Assembly: GCA_963793265.1 (NCBI GenBank)
Contig: CAWBZI010000005.1
Span: 224,001-288,000, forward strand
DNA: 64,000 nt
Origin: an uncultured cyanobacterium
GTDB lineage: Bacteria; Cyanobacteriota; Cyanobacteriia; Phormidesmidales; Phormidesmidaceae
Reading direction: 5' to 3'
Part shown: piece after piece, positions 1 through 10,998 of the stretch
Numbering within the stretch: position 1 is the stretch's first letter
Layout of the letters: every line of letters begins with the position of its first letter
Notes under the pieces: generated by a model
What the model saw: only the letters and a program-made list of their open reading frames with translations
Told to the model about the DNA's origin: nothing
Database searches by the model: none
Translations under genes and position numbers: made by a program

Positions 1-520
1 TCCCCTCATAAGCCTCTACCCGCTTCAGCGCCTTCGGGCTCACCAAAATCACACGCGCCGCAGCCATCGATATCTGAAAAAACAAACAGATAAAGAAGAA
101 TGAAACCGCCGCATTCACTAGCCCAACTGTCGGCGTCATCGTCGGCAATATTCGCGGCGACTCTGCATAAAGCCAGGTCAGTATCCAGAGTAGAACCCCC
201 GCCGTTACGCCTGCGAGAGCCTTGATTTGCCAGGACTTAAACGCTGTCAAGCAGCGCCTTTGATCTTCAGTGAGCACTGCGGGTTTAAGGGCGACGGGTG
301 GGATGCTGAATATATAGAAGGGTTTGGCGAGCTGCATCCATAGGCTAGGGGCGATGCCAAGAAGTGCGATCGCCCAAAACTGCACCCCAAACGCATTTGG
401 ATAGTCAAAAGCAGGGCCAGCCGAAGCCAACCCTGCTAAGCAGATATCGAGCAGCAGAGGCACCAGCGCCAGTCCGGCGAAGTGTATCCACAAATAGCGG
501 TTCTGCTGCAACTCAATCAC
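1..520 (-). CDS. Cyanobacterial 'low-complexity tail' membrane protein (3' end runs off the window)
   Basis: Not in the ORF track. Manual translation from GTG at 520 (AGAGGA RBS upstream) gives MIELQQNRYLWIHFAGLALVPLLLDICLAGLA...WMQLAKPFYIFS..., open to base 1. This family typically follows infB in cyanobacteria. Confidence 0.75.
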   Translation of the reverse strand, partial: MIELQQNRYLWIHFAGLALVPLLLDICLAGLASAGPAFDYPNAFGVQFWAIALLGIAPSLWMQLAKPFYIFSIPPVALKPAVLTEDQRRCLTAFKSWQIKALAGVTAGVLLWILTWLYAESPRILPTMTPTVGLVNAAVSFFFICLFFQISMAAARVILVSPKALKRVEAYEG

Positions 521-550
521 GATCTTGTCCTCTGGGGGCCCTGAAGCGAG

Positions 551-3500
551 CTACGCCGGAGCCAACGTACGACGCTGCGAGATCATCTTGAAGGCGTTAA
601 TAATGTCGCCCTCTTTCCAATCATTGAAGCCGCCGACGGCGATACCACACTCAAAGCCAGCATTGACTTCTTTAGCATCGTCCTTCATCCGCTTGAGCGA
701 ATCGAGGTTGCCTTCATACACAGCTTGCTCGCCGCGCATGACTCGCACCCGACAGTTGCGCGTCACCTTGCCCGAAAGCACATAGCAACCAGCAACCGTA
801 CCCTTGCGAACCGGGAACACCGCTCGAACTTCGACCTTGCCCAAAGACTCTTCGACCAGTTCTGGCTCCAAGAGTCCTTCCATCGCGCCTTCGATATCTT
901 CGAGCAGCTTGTAGATGATGTCGTAATCGCGCACATCTACGCCCAAGTTATCAGCAGACAGACGAGCCTCAGAAGAAAGCGACGTGTTAAAGGCAATAAT
1001 CACCGCGCCACTGGCCGCAGCTAAATCAACATCCGTTTCGCTAATTTCGCCCGGTGCAGCCATCAGCACTCGAATCTGAACTTCATTTTGAGGAAGCTGC
1101 TGCAAGGAGCCTAGAATCGCTTCTAGCGAACCCTGTACATCGGCCTTCAAAATCAAGTTGAGTTCCTTCAGGTCGCCTTCTTTCGCCTGTTCAGAGAGCG
1201 AGTTCAGCGTAACCCGGCGAGACGCCATGGTCTGCTGCAAGCGTGACTGACGCTGCTCAATAGCCTTCTCATCAGCCGCCGCGCGCGCATCTCGCTCATC
1301 TGCAAACACCTCAAACTCTTCACCAGCCGGGGGCACGTCATTAAGACCCAACACCTCTACAGCAAACGAAGGTCGCGCTTCGGTAGAGCGATTGCCCCGG
1401 TCATCGACCATCGCTTTCACTCGGCCAAACACAGGCCCAGCGGAGAAGGCATCGCCAATTTTCAAGGTACCGTTCTGAACTAGCAGCGTCGCGACAGGGC
1501 CACGTGCCTTGTCCAAATGCGCCTCAATTACAGTGCCTTTAGCGAGTCTGTCAGGGTTGGCCTGCAAGTCTTCAACTTCAGAAACCAACAGCAGCATTTC
1601 TAGAATGGTGTCTACGTTTTCGCCGGTAATGGCACTAACAGGCACCATAATCGTGTCGCCGCCGTACTCTTCAGGTACTAGCTCGTATTCCATCAGCTCT
1701 TGCTTTACGCGATCAGGGTTGGCCGCTTCTTTGTCGATTTTATTAATCGCAACCACAATCGGCACGCCCGCTGCTTTTGCGTGGCTGATCGCCTCAATGG
1801 TCTGAGGGCGCACGCCGTCATCAGCCGCAACCACCAGAATGGCAATGTCTGTCACCCTGGTGCCCCGCGCTCGCATAGCGGTAAACGCTTCGTGCCCTGG
1901 CGTGTCTAAAAACACAATCTGACCGGACTTGCGATCGCTATTCGGGTTCGACTTCAAATCAACGTGATAGGCACCGATGTGCTGGGTAATACCCCCCGCT
2001 TCACCTTCAGTCACCTTGGCCTGCCTGATGTAGTCAAGCAAGCTGGTTTTACCGTGGTCAACGTGACCCATGATGGTAACCACAGGCGGACGAGACTGGA
2101 GGCTATCGCTATCCTCTTCACCAACCATTTCAGTAACTTTACGAGCCTCGGGCGCTTCTTCTGCGGTCACCGCTTCCACGTCAAACTCCTGGGCCACCAT
2201 TTCAGCGGTCGGCATGTCTAGCGTTTGGTTGACGTTAGTCGCAATGCCCTTAAAGAACAGCAGCTTAATAATTTCAGTCTGTGGGACTGCAAGCTGATCG
2301 GCCAGGTCGTGGACGCTAATCCCCCCTGTGAGCACGATCATTTCTGGCCGCTCTGGCGCAACTTCCTGCCTACGTTCGCGGCGTTCGCGGCGTGAGGGCG
2401 ATCGCGTCTTAGTCTTCTTCGTCGTCGGTGCAGGCCGAGACTGACGCTGACCTTTAGGCTTGGGCGGACGCATCAGCGACAGATTCATCTGCGCAGGCGT
2501 CACGTCGCTGCTGCTAGGCTCATCATCAAAATCATCGTCGTCGTCAATAATGACGCGCTGACGCTTGGTTTTGCTAGTCTTCTTAGGCCGCATTTCCTGC
2601 TCGTCGTCTTCACCTTCGCCAGCGCCCCTTTCACGACGCTTAGGTGGACGAGGTGCGGTTGGACGACGCAACTCTAAAGTCGGATCGGAGAAAGTATCGT
2701 CATCGCTATCGTCAGAATCTGTGCTGGTGCTCTCAAGCGCCTCTTCTCTCGAAGGCGGCTTGCGCAGCTCTGTGACTGGCTTTGGCGGTGCTGGCGGCGC
2801 AACGGTGCTTCCGCCCGGCGAGGGACGACTAGGCCGTTCACCCCGTTCGTCTCCGGCAGAGCGATCACGCTTCAATACGGGTCTAGCTACGCGGCTAGCC
2901 TCCTCTGAAGGGCTTTCACTTCTGCCCGCAGCAGGCTTAGAAGGCCGTGAAGGCGGCTCTACCAGTCTAGGCTTTAGCTGGTCGGGGCTAGTTGCACCTG
3001 AAGTCGTCACGATCTTTTCAGGCTGACGGGCAGCGGCAGGTCTAGCGGGTGGCCGGATGGGCACAGGTGCCTGCTCAGGCTTTGGTGCAACGGGTGCTGG
3101 TTGACCGGGTTCAGCGCTGCTAGCGTCCTCACCACTACGAGCTGCCGGGCGACCTGCGGCGGGCCGACTCGGCGGGCCTGCCAAACTTGGGGCGTCTGCA
3201 CTACTACTGTCCGGTCTGCGGCTAGGGCTACTGGGGCTACTAGGAGCAGTCGGCTTTTGCGGACTAGAGACGCTGGCACCGTTAGACTCACCGCTATTCG
3301 CAGGCGAAACGGGCGGCTCAACGGGTGGCTGAGCCGCTTCAGGCGACGTGGCCGGGCGAGGATGTCGGAGAATACCTAAAATTTGCTGCTGTCGAGGACG
3401 AACGGGCTTGGCCAAAGGGGTTTTTGCGCTTGCGGCACTACGAGGCGGCCTGGCTTTGGGTGCTGTCGCTTTTTTGCTTACGGGCTTATAGCCGTCAGCG

Positions 3501-3658
3501 TTCGCGACGCCCCGAATTTTATCGGCCTCTTCGTCTGAAATCGTGCTGCTGTGGCTTTTTACAGCAATATCTAGCTGCTCGCAAATGTTTAGAATGTCTT
3601 TGTTTTCTAGCTCCAACTCCTTAGATAGCTCGTAAATCCTTACTTTGCCCTTGTTCAT
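551..3658 (-). CDS. infB: Translation initiation factor IF-2
   Basis: N-terminal [20 protein letters not shown]-loop, [12 protein letters not shown]; long Pro/Ser-rich N-terminal linker; operon context. Confidence 0.99.
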   Translation of the reverse strand: MNKGKVRIYELSKELELENKDILNICEQLDIAVKSHSSTISDEEADKIRGVANADGYKPVSKKATAPKARPPRSAASAKTPLAKPVRPRQQQILGILRHPRPATSPEAAQPPVEPPVSPANSGESNGASVSSPQKPTAPSSPSSPSRRPDSSSADAPSLAGPPSRPAAGRPAARSGEDASSAEPGQPAPVAPKPEQAPVPIRPPARPAAARQPEKIVTTSGATSPDQLKPRLVEPPSRPSKPAAGRSESPSEEASRVARPVLKRDRSAGDERGERPSRPSPGGSTVAPPAPPKPVTELRKPPSREEALESTSTDSDDSDDDTFSDPTLELRRPTAPRPPKRRERGAGEGEDDEQEMRPKKTSKTKRQRVIIDDDDDFDDEPSSSDVTPAQMNLSLMRPPKPKGQRQSRPAPTTKKTKTRSPSRRERRERRQEVAPERPEMIVLTGGISVHDLADQLAVPQTEIIKLLFFKGIATNVNQTLDMPTAEMVAQEFDVEAVTAEEAPEARKVTEMVGEEDSDSLQSRPPVVTIMGHVDHGKTSLLDYIRQAKVTEGEAGGITQHIGAYHVDLKSNPNSDRKSGQIVFLDTPGHEAFTAMRARGTRVTDIAILVVAADDGVRPQTIEAISHAKAAGVPIVVAINKIDKEAANPDRVKQELMEYELVPEEYGGDTIMVPVSAITGENVDTILEMLLLVSEVEDLQANPDRLAKGTVIEAHLDKARGPVATLLVQNGTLKIGDAFSAGPVFGRVKAMVDDRGNRSTEARPSFAVEVLGLNDVPPAGEEFEVFADERDARAAADEKAIEQRQSRLQQTMASRRVTLNSLSEQAKEGDLKELNLILKADVQGSLEAILGSLQQLPQNEVQIRVLMAAPGEISETDVDLAAASGAVIIAFNTSLSSEARLSADNLGVDVRDYDIIYKLLEDIEGAMEGLLEPELVEESLGKVEVRAVFPVRKGTVAGCYVLSGKVTRNCRVRVMRGEQAVYEGNLDSLKRMKDDAKEVNAGFECGIAVGGFNDWKEGDIINAFKMISQRRTLAPA

Positions 3659-3845
3659 CCTTTTCCTCTTAAACCTGACTAACAGATGTGTTTTACATAA
3701 GACTGAATTGCCCTTATCGAATCAACACGCTTGACCCTAACGCTTAGCTTTAGATCGTATAAAGCCTTTCTAGGGCCTTGTAATCTTAAAGCATAGAGTA
3801 AAGCGGCGTTTATTTTCTAACGTTGAGACAGATCTATATTATTGG

Positions 3846-4202
3846 CTAATTTTGATGGGTTGTGTGCTCCTTTGGGGTAGGTTTGTGGGCGGTTTTTTCG
3901 ACTGGTTGGCCTGATAGGCTCTCTGGTGGACTCTCTGGCAGGCTGTTCGGAGGGTTGTGTAAGCGGTTTTCTAGGGTTTGAAAAATTTGAGCGGGGATGG
4001 GCGATCGCAACACCCGTCCCAACCTATTTTTCTTTTTCGCCGCCTGCAAACAGGTCATCTGCGGGCAAAGATAGGCAGATCGCCCCATCCCCTCATCCAG
4101 CTGAATGTCATAGTTTGGAAACGTCCGAACAATCCGCCACAGCTCATCTTTATGGGCCGTTTTGCGACAGCTTACACACAGGCGATGGTTTTTCTCTGCC
4201 AT
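3846..4202 (-). CDS. ylxR: YlxR/DUF448 family RNA-binding protein
   Basis: R-x-CVSCR and GRSAYLC motifs; lies between nusA and infB; ATG at 4202 with GAGGAGG RBS. Confidence 0.93.
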   Translation of the reverse strand: MAEKNHRLCVSCRKTAHKDELWRIVRTFPNYDIQLDEGMGRSAYLCPQMTCLQAAKKKNRLGRVLRSPIPAQIFQTLENRLHNPPNSLPESPPESLSGQPVEKTAHKPTPKEHTTHQN

Positions 4203-4212
4203 TGCCCTCCTC

Positions 4213-5715
4213 TTATCCCTTAGCCTTCTTCGCTGCAGCTTTAGCCTCAGCCGCCGCACGCGCCTTTGCCTTCCACTCTTCAGCTTCAGCAATCTCCTCA
4301 GCCGTTGGCTCGTCGTCCTCCTTTTCTTCTACATCAGGCGCTTCACCTCTAGCAGCCTTTGCCGCCGCTTTCGCATCAGCTTCAGCCAGTTCAGCCGCCG
4401 CCCGCTCTTCTTCAGCTTCAGCCTCAGCAGCAGCTCTAGCCTCAGCCTCAGCGCGCGCTTTTGCTCTCCACTCTTCAGCCTCAGCAATCTCAGCGGCTTC
4501 TTCCGCCGCCGCCGCCGCTCTCGCCTCTTCAGCTAGCCGCCTGGTTTCAGCAATCTCAGCCGCTTTCTGGTTTTCAGCGTCGTAGTCGTACTTAGCCGAG
4601 TCCTTGATATCTATCTTCCAACCCGTCAGCCGAGCGCCCAACCGCACGTTTTGTCCTTCTTTGCCAATCGCTAGGCTGAGCTGATCTTCAGGCACCAAAA
4701 CGTGCGCCTGCCGCCCCTCAGGATCCATCAGCCGCACCTCATCAACGCGCGCCGGGCTTAGCGCATTAGAGATATAAGTGGAGGGATCGGGCGACCAGCG
4801 AATCACGTCAATTTTCTCGCCCCGTAGCTCGTTCACCACAACCTGAATCCGCGATCCCCGCGCACCGATACAAGCGCCTACTGGATCAACATCGCTTTCG
4901 AGCGTGTCTACAGCAATCTTCGTCCTTGGCCCAACCGAGCGCGAAGGGGGATTTGCCTCGCGCGCGACCGCAACGATCCGCACTACTTCGTCTTCAATTT
5001 CGGGCACTTCATTAGAAAATAGCTCAACCACTAAGCTGGCGTCAGATCTCGACACTAAGAGCTGTGGCCCGCGATGAGAGCCTTCCGAAACGCGCTTAAG
5101 GGCTACGCGAAATGTGGCGTTAGCGCGGTAGTTGTCGTTCGGTAGCTGGTCGCGCTTCAACAGTTCAGCCTCAGTATCAGGCTGTCCTAAGCCGCTGCTC
5201 ACCGCCATAATCACCGACTGCCGCTCAAAGCGCAGCACTCGCGCGTTCAAGATAGAGCCTTCTAATTCCTGGAACTCTTCTTGAATCAGTCGCCTTTGCT
5301 GATCACGGAGCTTTTGGGCCAATACCTGCTTGGTCTGAATCGCAGCCATCCGACCAAAGTCGCTTTGCTCAGGCGTTACGTCTAATACCACCGTATCGCC
5401 AGCAAGCGCTTCAGGGGCAACCTCTTGCACGGCAGCAAGCCCGATTTGGTGATCGGAGTTTTCTACCTCTTCCACAATGGTTTTGTTCGCGAGCACGCGA
5501 AAGCCCTCGTCTTCGGTGTCTAGCTCGACGTAAAAGTTGTCGAAATATTCTTCATCAAACTGGCTGCTGTCGATGCGCTGGGTGCGACGGTAGCGTTCGT
5601 AGCCTTTGAGGAGCGCTTCTTGCAGCGCCATCTCAACAGCGCTCTTGGGCAAATTTCGCTCCAAGCTAATGCTGTCGATCATCGTTTGTAAACCGGACAA
5701 GCTCACCATTGACAT
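4213..5715 (-). CDS. nusA: Transcription termination/antitermination factor NusA with an Ala/Glu/Lys-rich C-terminal tail
   Basis: FGRMAAIQTKQ, DPVGACIGARGSRI, LSLAIGKEGQNVRL motifs. Confidence 0.98.
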   Translation of the reverse strand: MSMVSLSGLQTMIDSISLERNLPKSAVEMALQEALLKGYERYRRTQRIDSSQFDEEYFDNFYVELDTEDEGFRVLANKTIVEEVENSDHQIGLAAVQEVAPEALAGDTVVLDVTPEQSDFGRMAAIQTKQVLAQKLRDQQRRLIQEEFQELEGSILNARVLRFERQSVIMAVSSGLGQPDTEAELLKRDQLPNDNYRANATFRVALKRVSEGSHRGPQLLVSRSDASLVVELFSNEVPEIEDEVVRIVAVAREANPPSRSVGPRTKIAVDTLESDVDPVGACIGARGSRIQVVVNELRGEKIDVIRWSPDPSTYISNALSPARVDEVRLMDPEGRQAHVLVPEDQLSLAIGKEGQNVRLGARLTGWKIDIKDSAKYDYDAENQKAAEIAETRRLAEEARAAAAAEEAAEIAEAEEWRAKARAEAEARAAAEAEAEEERAAAELAEADAKAAAKAARGEAPDVEEKEDDEPTAEEIAEAEEWKAKARAAAEAKAAAKKAKG

Positions 5716-5777
5716 AGGCACGACCTCTCAAAATAAATGAACGAATAAAAAACTATACAAGGTGACAGACGAACGGC

Positions 5778-6248
5778 TTATTCTGTCTCTTCATTACTGA
5801 GCTGCACTGACTGCACAAGCTCTCTGGGGATAGACAAGGGACGGCCCTTGAGATTAAGCGACACCTTATCTTCTGTGCGACCAACTAAGCTGCCTTTCCA
5901 AATCTGCTTTTTCTTGTAGACCTCGCTAAGCTGCACTTCGACCGGAAATCCTTTAAAGACGGTGAAATCGCGATCGCGCGTCAACACATCAGAAACACCA
6001 GGACTTGACACCTCTAACACGTAGGCATCCGGGATCAGATCCGACTCATCTAACGCCTCAGTCAGCGCCTCGCTTAACTTCGCGCAGTCGTCGAGCCCGG
6101 TGTCCTCCTGGTTCACATTGCGCACATCTACACGCAGCACAGGCGGACTTTGGTTGGTCTGAAACACGGCTTCGACAATTTCTAAACCAAGGCTGCTCGC
6201 CAGCGGCGTTGCTAGCTCAATGACCGGAGGGACTAAAGGATGTGCCAT
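5778..6248 (-). CDS. rimP: Ribosome maturation factor RimP
   Basis: YVLEVSSPG motif; first gene of the rimP-nusA-infB operon; ATG at 6248. Confidence 0.96.
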   Translation of the reverse strand: MAHPLVPPVIELATPLASSLGLEIVEAVFQTNQSPPVLRVDVRNVNQEDTGLDDCAKLSEALTEALDESDLIPDAYVLEVSSPGVSDVLTRDRDFTVFKGFPVEVQLSEVYKKKQIWKGSLVGRTEDKVSLNLKGRPLSIPRELVQSVQLSNEETE

Positions 6249-6322
6249 AGCGATTAACTGCTGATTAACGACTCCAACGACAGAAGGTCTGTAGAAAGTA
6301 GTCACGAAAATAGAAAAACGCC

Positions 6323-6360
6323 CAATAAAAAAAGCGGGCTCTTTCAAAGCTCCCACTTTC
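6323..6360 (-). promoter_or_regulatory. rimP leader terminator/attenuator hairpin
   Basis: Minus strand reads GAAAGTGGGAGCTTTGAAAGAGCCCGCTTTTTTTATTG, a hairpin plus U-tract about 75 nt upstream of rimP, as in the known rimP leader. Confidence 0.8.
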
Positions 6361-6570
6361 CGATCTCAGCCCGAATGAGCCAGACGAATTAGGCCAAATA
6401 GCATTCTAGAAATGTATCTAAAAAACGCGCTTTGGAGCAACTGCTGCTTAGGGACTCATTTAAAGGCTGAATCTTATGAATTCAAATCATAAGTTCGCTT
6501 CTAAAGAGCACTAATCATCTGCTGCGCTAATCAGTTTAGCGCATGACCTCCGAAATCGACAGTTTGCTCA

Positions 6571-7983
6571 TCAGCGAGCCCGCCGACTATCGCTATATAG
6601 CTGGTAGCGCGTAGCTTGCATATATTCGGCATCTTCAGAGGCAATTCCTTCGACATAGTTGATTTTTATCTCCTCTAGCAAATCGATAATTAGCCTCCTC
6701 ACTTCACTAGAGGTTTCTGCACTGCTCATTTCATCGCGCAAATGATTGCCAAAGCTCGCAACCAGTTTGCTGGTCAGCGCTGCGCCTTTCTCGTCAGCAA
6801 AAACATTCTGCAATATTTCGGTCAGGGACTTAGAAAGCTCGGTGACGACTTGCCGCGAAATTTGAGCCGAGATGCCATCGAATCCAGGCATAAACTTCAG
6901 CCCTTGATAGGCCGGAGCCTGATGCAGTGCGCCGACGACGCTGTGCTGTAGCAAATTGTCTAGCTCTGGCTTCACCTTGGGCAAAACCTGATACACCACC
7001 ACATCTGAGAGGCGTTTGGCAATCGTTTGCACCTCATCGACGCCGTTAATATCTATGTATTGATTGCGATCGCCCACCGCTAGCAACCAGCGACTAATCT
7101 CCCCTTGCCTCACGAGTTGCTGTGCCTGATTAATCACCCTCAGCATCACAATCTCGGTTAGCTCAACGGCAAACTGACTAACAATCGCCCGGCTCACCCG
7201 ATTGCGCATAGGTTCTAAATTCAACCATTGCGCCTGATGCAGCCTCAGCGTCACGGGAATGATCCTCAGCCAGCGCCAGTACCCAATAAACAGCGGCACA
7301 TCATAGATTCGCCACAGCATTGCGTCTACCCAGCTAGCGTGACGATGACGGCGACTCAATACAAAGGTTCGCAATAAAAACTCAGTGGCAAACAGCGCCA
7401 TAAACCAAATATCAATCCGCCAAAACTGATCGAGCGGGCGACCGTTTTCACCGATGGCACGAAAGTAGTTTGTCTCCATTAGGGGCCGAATCTGCCGGTC
7501 GAAAAAGGCTAGCTCCTGGTCAATACCAGAAGTGCTTAAATACGATTCGCTCCAAAATTCTTGAAAGGCATCTTTGGATGACTCAGTGCCGAGGCGATCG
7601 CGCATAGCATTCTTAATTCGCGCCAGCGTCCCCGACTTACCCGCCACCGCAAACGGATCTTCGTCCACAATACTGACGCTTTGCGCTCTCAACTGAGCCA
7701 AGAGCCGCTCAGCTTCAGCATCTCCTCTATCAGCTTTAGCCTTGAAGTCGTCTACTAGCTCCAGATAGGCTTCTGTCGCCCTTTCGGGTTCTATGCCCTT
7801 GAAGTTTTCGCCGTACCAAGCTGTCGGTTCAGGAAGTATTTGTAGATACTGATCGCGAAAGCGGATGTAGCTGAGATCTAGCAGGACTAGGATGAGATTG
7901 GTGAGTGCGATCGCTGCCATCACCCGCTCAAACCAAGTCGTTCTTACGCTGCGAGTGCGCTGCCTAATCTGAGATAACGCCAT
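6571..7983 (-). CDS. Conserved cyanobacterial membrane protein with ion-transport-like TM segments
   Basis: Long ORF with hydrophobic segments (FMALFATEFLLR, WRWLRIIPV) and a helical C-terminus. Confidence 0.7.
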   Translation of the reverse strand: MALSQIRQRTRSVRTTWFERVMAAIALTNLILVLLDLSYIRFRDQYLQILPEPTAWYGENFKGIEPERATEAYLELVDDFKAKADRGDAEAERLLAQLRAQSVSIVDEDPFAVAGKSGTLARIKNAMRDRLGTESSKDAFQEFWSESYLSTSGIDQELAFFDRQIRPLMETNYFRAIGENGRPLDQFWRIDIWFMALFATEFLLRTFVLSRRHRHASWVDAMLWRIYDVPLFIGYWRWLRIIPVTLRLHQAQWLNLEPMRNRVSRAIVSQFAVELTEIVMLRVINQAQQLVRQGEISRWLLAVGDRNQYIDINGVDEVQTIAKRLSDVVVYQVLPKVKPELDNLLQHSVVGALHQAPAYQGLKFMPGFDGISAQISRQVVTELSKSLTEILQNVFADEKGAALTSKLVASFGNHLRDEMSSAETSSEVRRLIIDLLEEIKINYVEGIASEDAEYMQATRYQLYSDSRRAR

Positions 7984-8092
7984 CGCCAAACCTTTCTATG
8001 TGTTGCCAATTCAGTCTATTGAAAGTAACCGACCAATAGACCCCACGATAGACTTAATAAATACCCCTTTACTTTTCTTTACGCTGACAATT

Positions 8093-9049
8093 ATGGTCGC
8101 CACTGCTACTACCGCCCCCGCCCCCGTCTTCTCGCCTGCTCAAAACGGAGCCTACTGGCCGTGGCGCGGCTATCAGGTGCACTACACCAAAGCAGGCGAT
8201 GCCAGTGCCCACCCCGAAAGACCGCCCTTAGTTCTCATTCACGGCTTCGGCGCTTCGACTGACCACTGGCGAAAAAACGTGGCCGAACTTCAGAGTGACT
8301 TTGAGGTGTATGCCCTTGACCTTATCGGCTTTGGCCGATCTTCTAAACCCAGCAGCGGCTACAGCCCTGATTTGTGGCGCGACCAGATTGCCGAGTTTAT
8401 CACCACTATTATCGGTCGCCCTGCCGTCGTTGCAGGCAACTCTATCGGCGGCTACAGCAGTCTATATACGGGTGCCACCCGCCCCGATGCCGTCGTTGGT
8501 GTTTGTATGCTCAACGGCGTTGGCTCCTTTAGCGAACAGCAGTCTACCGACGAAGAGGCTAATCCGTTCCAAAAAGCAATCGGTGAGCTAGTAAAAACGG
8601 TCATCCTTTCGCCTTTTCCAAGCTGGATCATTTTCCAATTCGTCCGCAACCGCTCCTACATTCGCAAAACCCTAGAGCAGGTATACGTCAATAAGTCCGA
8701 AGTCACCGAACAGCTTATCGAAGACGTCTATCGCCCCGCCACCGATCCCGATGCGCCTGCGGCCTTTGCGGCTCTATTTAAAGCTGAACGCGGAGAATAT
8801 GTTGACACGCTGCTCGCAAAAATGACCTGTCCGCTACTGCTCATTTGGGGTGACGAAGACCCCTGGATGGACACCTACTCAAGAGGCGTGCTTTTTCAAA
8901 AGTATTACAGCACGCTAGAAGAACACCACATTAATGCAGGTCACTGCCCTCACGACGACGCGCCAGCAGAGGTCGATGCGCTGCTGCGTAATTGGGTGCT
9001 TAAGACGGTCGTAGGTGAACCGGCAAGTCAGTGGGTGGCGTTGGGTTAG
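8093..9049 (+). CDS. Alpha/beta fold hydrolase
   Basis: HGFGAS, GNSIGG nucleophile elbow, AGHCPHDD. Confidence 0.92.
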   Translation: MVATATTAPAPVFSPAQNGAYWPWRGYQVHYTKAGDASAHPERPPLVLIHGFGASTDHWRKNVAELQSDFEVYALDLIGFGRSSKPSSGYSPDLWRDQIAEFITTIIGRPAVVAGNSIGGYSSLYTGATRPDAVVGVCMLNGVGSFSEQQSTDEEANPFQKAIGELVKTVILSPFPSWIIFQFVRNRSYIRKTLEQVYVNKSEVTEQLIEDVYRPATDPDAPAAFAALFKAERGEYVDTLLAKMTCPLLLIWGDEDPWMDTYSRGVLFQKYYSTLEEHHINAGHCPHDDAPAEVDALLRNWVLKTVVGEPASQWVALG

Positions 9050-9557
9050 TAACGTGGCGGTATTGCTGTAAAGGCGTGTCCCTTTTGATGTAGAGCGGAT
9101 GGCGGGGATGGCCGGAGCGGTTGAGCTGAAGGTAGCTGAGCTTTTGGCTGTGGTGCTTGAGCAAAGATAGGATGGCGCGATCGCGTCCCCCAAATCCACC
9201 CCAATTCCCCCAGGCCAACACCACTTGCTCAGCCTGCTCAACGGCCTTAATCACATACCCATCGTTCTCAGGGCCAATCGGATCGCTCGCGGCCTTTAGC
9301 TCAGTTGGGTGCGGCGTACAGTAGCCAAACAGATTGACGACAGTCAGCGAACTATATTGCCAGCGTTGCGCAAACTGAATACACGCTCTCAGGGTTGGGT
9401 CGTCAGCCAAAGCGTTCGCTCGGCTGGGGTTGAGCATGATAAAAGTGACCTGACCACCGGATGACTGCCAGCGTCGTCCTAGTCGGTAGCGATAACGACC
9501 CGTTGCATCAAATAAAGCCGTTCTTTCTATCGAATCGCCCACGCTGCTACTTCGCAA
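9000..9557 (-). CDS. DUF1643 family protein
   Basis: YRYRLGRRW, FIMLNPS, DDPT, VNLF, AWG, PRHPLY motifs. Confidence 0.88.
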   Translation of the reverse strand: MRSSSVGDSIERTALFDATGRYRYRLGRRWQSSGGQVTFIMLNPSRANALADDPTLRACIQFAQRWQYSSLTVVNLFGYCTPHPTELKAASDPIGPENDGYVIKAVEQAEQVVLAWGNWGGFGGRDRAILSLLKHHSQKLSYLQLNRSGHPRHPLYIKRDTPLQQYRHVTNPTPPTDLPVHLRPS

Positions 9558-9615
9558 TTGTTAGCTTTATATCTAATCTTCAATCCGCCCTCAACACGAC
9601 CCTATAGAATCCCCT

Positions 9616-10920
9616 TTGAAAATATTTCTCAACTTTGAACCGGCTTTACAGCGTAACTTGGCCATCTTCTTTGGCGCTTCCCTCTGCTTCTGGGGCGGCC
9701 TCTCAGGAATGCTGCCGAACCTCTCGCTCTACATCGAAACGTTCGGTGCCAACAATCAAGAAATCGGCTGGGTGATGGCCTCTTTTGCCCTGGGTCTTTT
9801 AGGTCTACGCCCCAAGATGTCTAGATTTACCGATCGTAAAGGACGAAAGCCTGCTCTGCTGATTGGGATTACAGTGATTGCATTAGCACCACTGCTTTAC
9901 CTATCGGTTCAGCTGGTGCCTGCGACTATCTTGACGGTACCGATCTTAGGCTGGCAGATCAAGTCGGCTGTGCTGCTTTTAGGGATGGTGAGGGCTTTTC
10001 ACGGAATTAGTATTGCGGCGTTTGCAACCGCTTATAACGCGGCGATCGCTGATATGGCCCCCATCGCCCATCGCGGCGAACTCATCGGCTACATGAGCCT
10101 GGCAAGCCCTTTGGGTATGGCCCTTGGCCCAGCGCTTGGCGGATTCTTAGAGGGCAGTTTCATAACCGCCTTCTTGGTCATGACAGGCTTAGGCATCATC
10201 GGCACGATCTGCGTACTCATCAGCAAAGAACCCCATCAGCCTGTCATTGATTTAGCGCCTTCAAGGGGGCAGCTAGTCGATAAGCATCCGCTGCCAAAGC
10301 CCGCCTTTTGGAGCCTGCTGCTAATGCCGACCGTACGCACACCCGCAATCATTTTGTTCATGGTGGGCATTGCCTTTGGCTCAATGGTGGCTTTTGTGCC
10401 GCTGCACATTCGCACAGAAGGCATTTTGCTCAATATTGGACTGGTTTATACGGTGAGTGCGATCGCCTCCTTCTCCATCCGAATGCTAGCCGGTAGAGCC
10501 AGCGATCAGCTCGGTCGGGGCCGCTTCATCAGCATGGGCCTTACCTGCTATACCCTGTCTATGTTCACCCTAGCCCTCTCAACTAATGCGCCAATGCTCC
10601 TACTCGCTGGAGCTTTTCAAGGCGCAGGCAGCGGCACCCTCATTCCCATCATTGCCGCTCTCATGACCGACCGCTCACGTCCCGGTGAACGCGGCCTTAC
10701 CTTTGGCCTTTGCCTCACTGGCTTCGACTTAGGCATTGCCTTAGCAGGCCCCATCATGGGCAGAGTTGCCGATCTCAGCAGCTACAGTGCAGTCTTTGCG
10801 CTCTCAGGGCTGATGACGCTCTTCGGCCTTGTCATCTTTATCACCACGTCTAGCAAAGACCTTGCTCACTCAGTTCAGTTTGCGCTTAAAGGTGGACGCG
10901 ACGTTTACGCGGTTAAGTAG
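9616..10920 (+). CDS. MFS transporter
   Basis: About 12 TM segments; motif A in DRKGRK and DQLGRGR. Confidence 0.92.
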   Translation: MKIFLNFEPALQRNLAIFFGASLCFWGGLSGMLPNLSLYIETFGANNQEIGWVMASFALGLLGLRPKMSRFTDRKGRKPALLIGITVIALAPLLYLSVQLVPATILTVPILGWQIKSAVLLLGMVRAFHGISIAAFATAYNAAIADMAPIAHRGELIGYMSLASPLGMALGPALGGFLEGSFITAFLVMTGLGIIGTICVLISKEPHQPVIDLAPSRGQLVDKHPLPKPAFWSLLLMPTVRTPAIILFMVGIAFGSMVAFVPLHIRTEGILLNIGLVYTVSAIASFSIRMLAGRASDQLGRGRFISMGLTCYTLSMFTLALSTNAPMLLLAGAFQGAGSGTLIPIIAALMTDRSRPGERGLTFGLCLTGFDLGIALAGPIMGRVADLSSYSAVFALSGLMTLFGLVIFITTSSKDLAHSVQFALKGGRDVYAVK

Positions 10921-10958
10921 CGCTATTAGTCGCCATTAGCTGCCATTAGCTGCCATTG
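10921..10958. repeat. Short imperfect 10-bp tandem repeat (tgccattagc-like, about 4 units)
   Basis: cgctattagt cgccattagc tgccattagc tgccattg. Confidence 0.7.
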
Positions 10959-10995
10959 AAAAAGGCGCTAGGTATAAAAAACCTAGCGCCTTTTT
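10959..10995. terminator. Bidirectional intrinsic terminator between the MFS gene and the tRNA
   Basis: AAAAAGGCGCTAGGT-ataaaaa-ACCTAGCGCCTTTTT. Confidence 0.9.
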
Positions 10996-10998
10996 AAG

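Noticed and set aside
364..3624. Many short plus-strand ORFs over infB and the downstream gene
   Set aside because: Antisense shadows of well-supported genes, with no recognisable motifs.
3926..4585. 219-aa and 124-aa Ser/Ala-rich plus-strand ORFs
   Set aside because: Mirror of the low-complexity nusA tail on the opposite strand.
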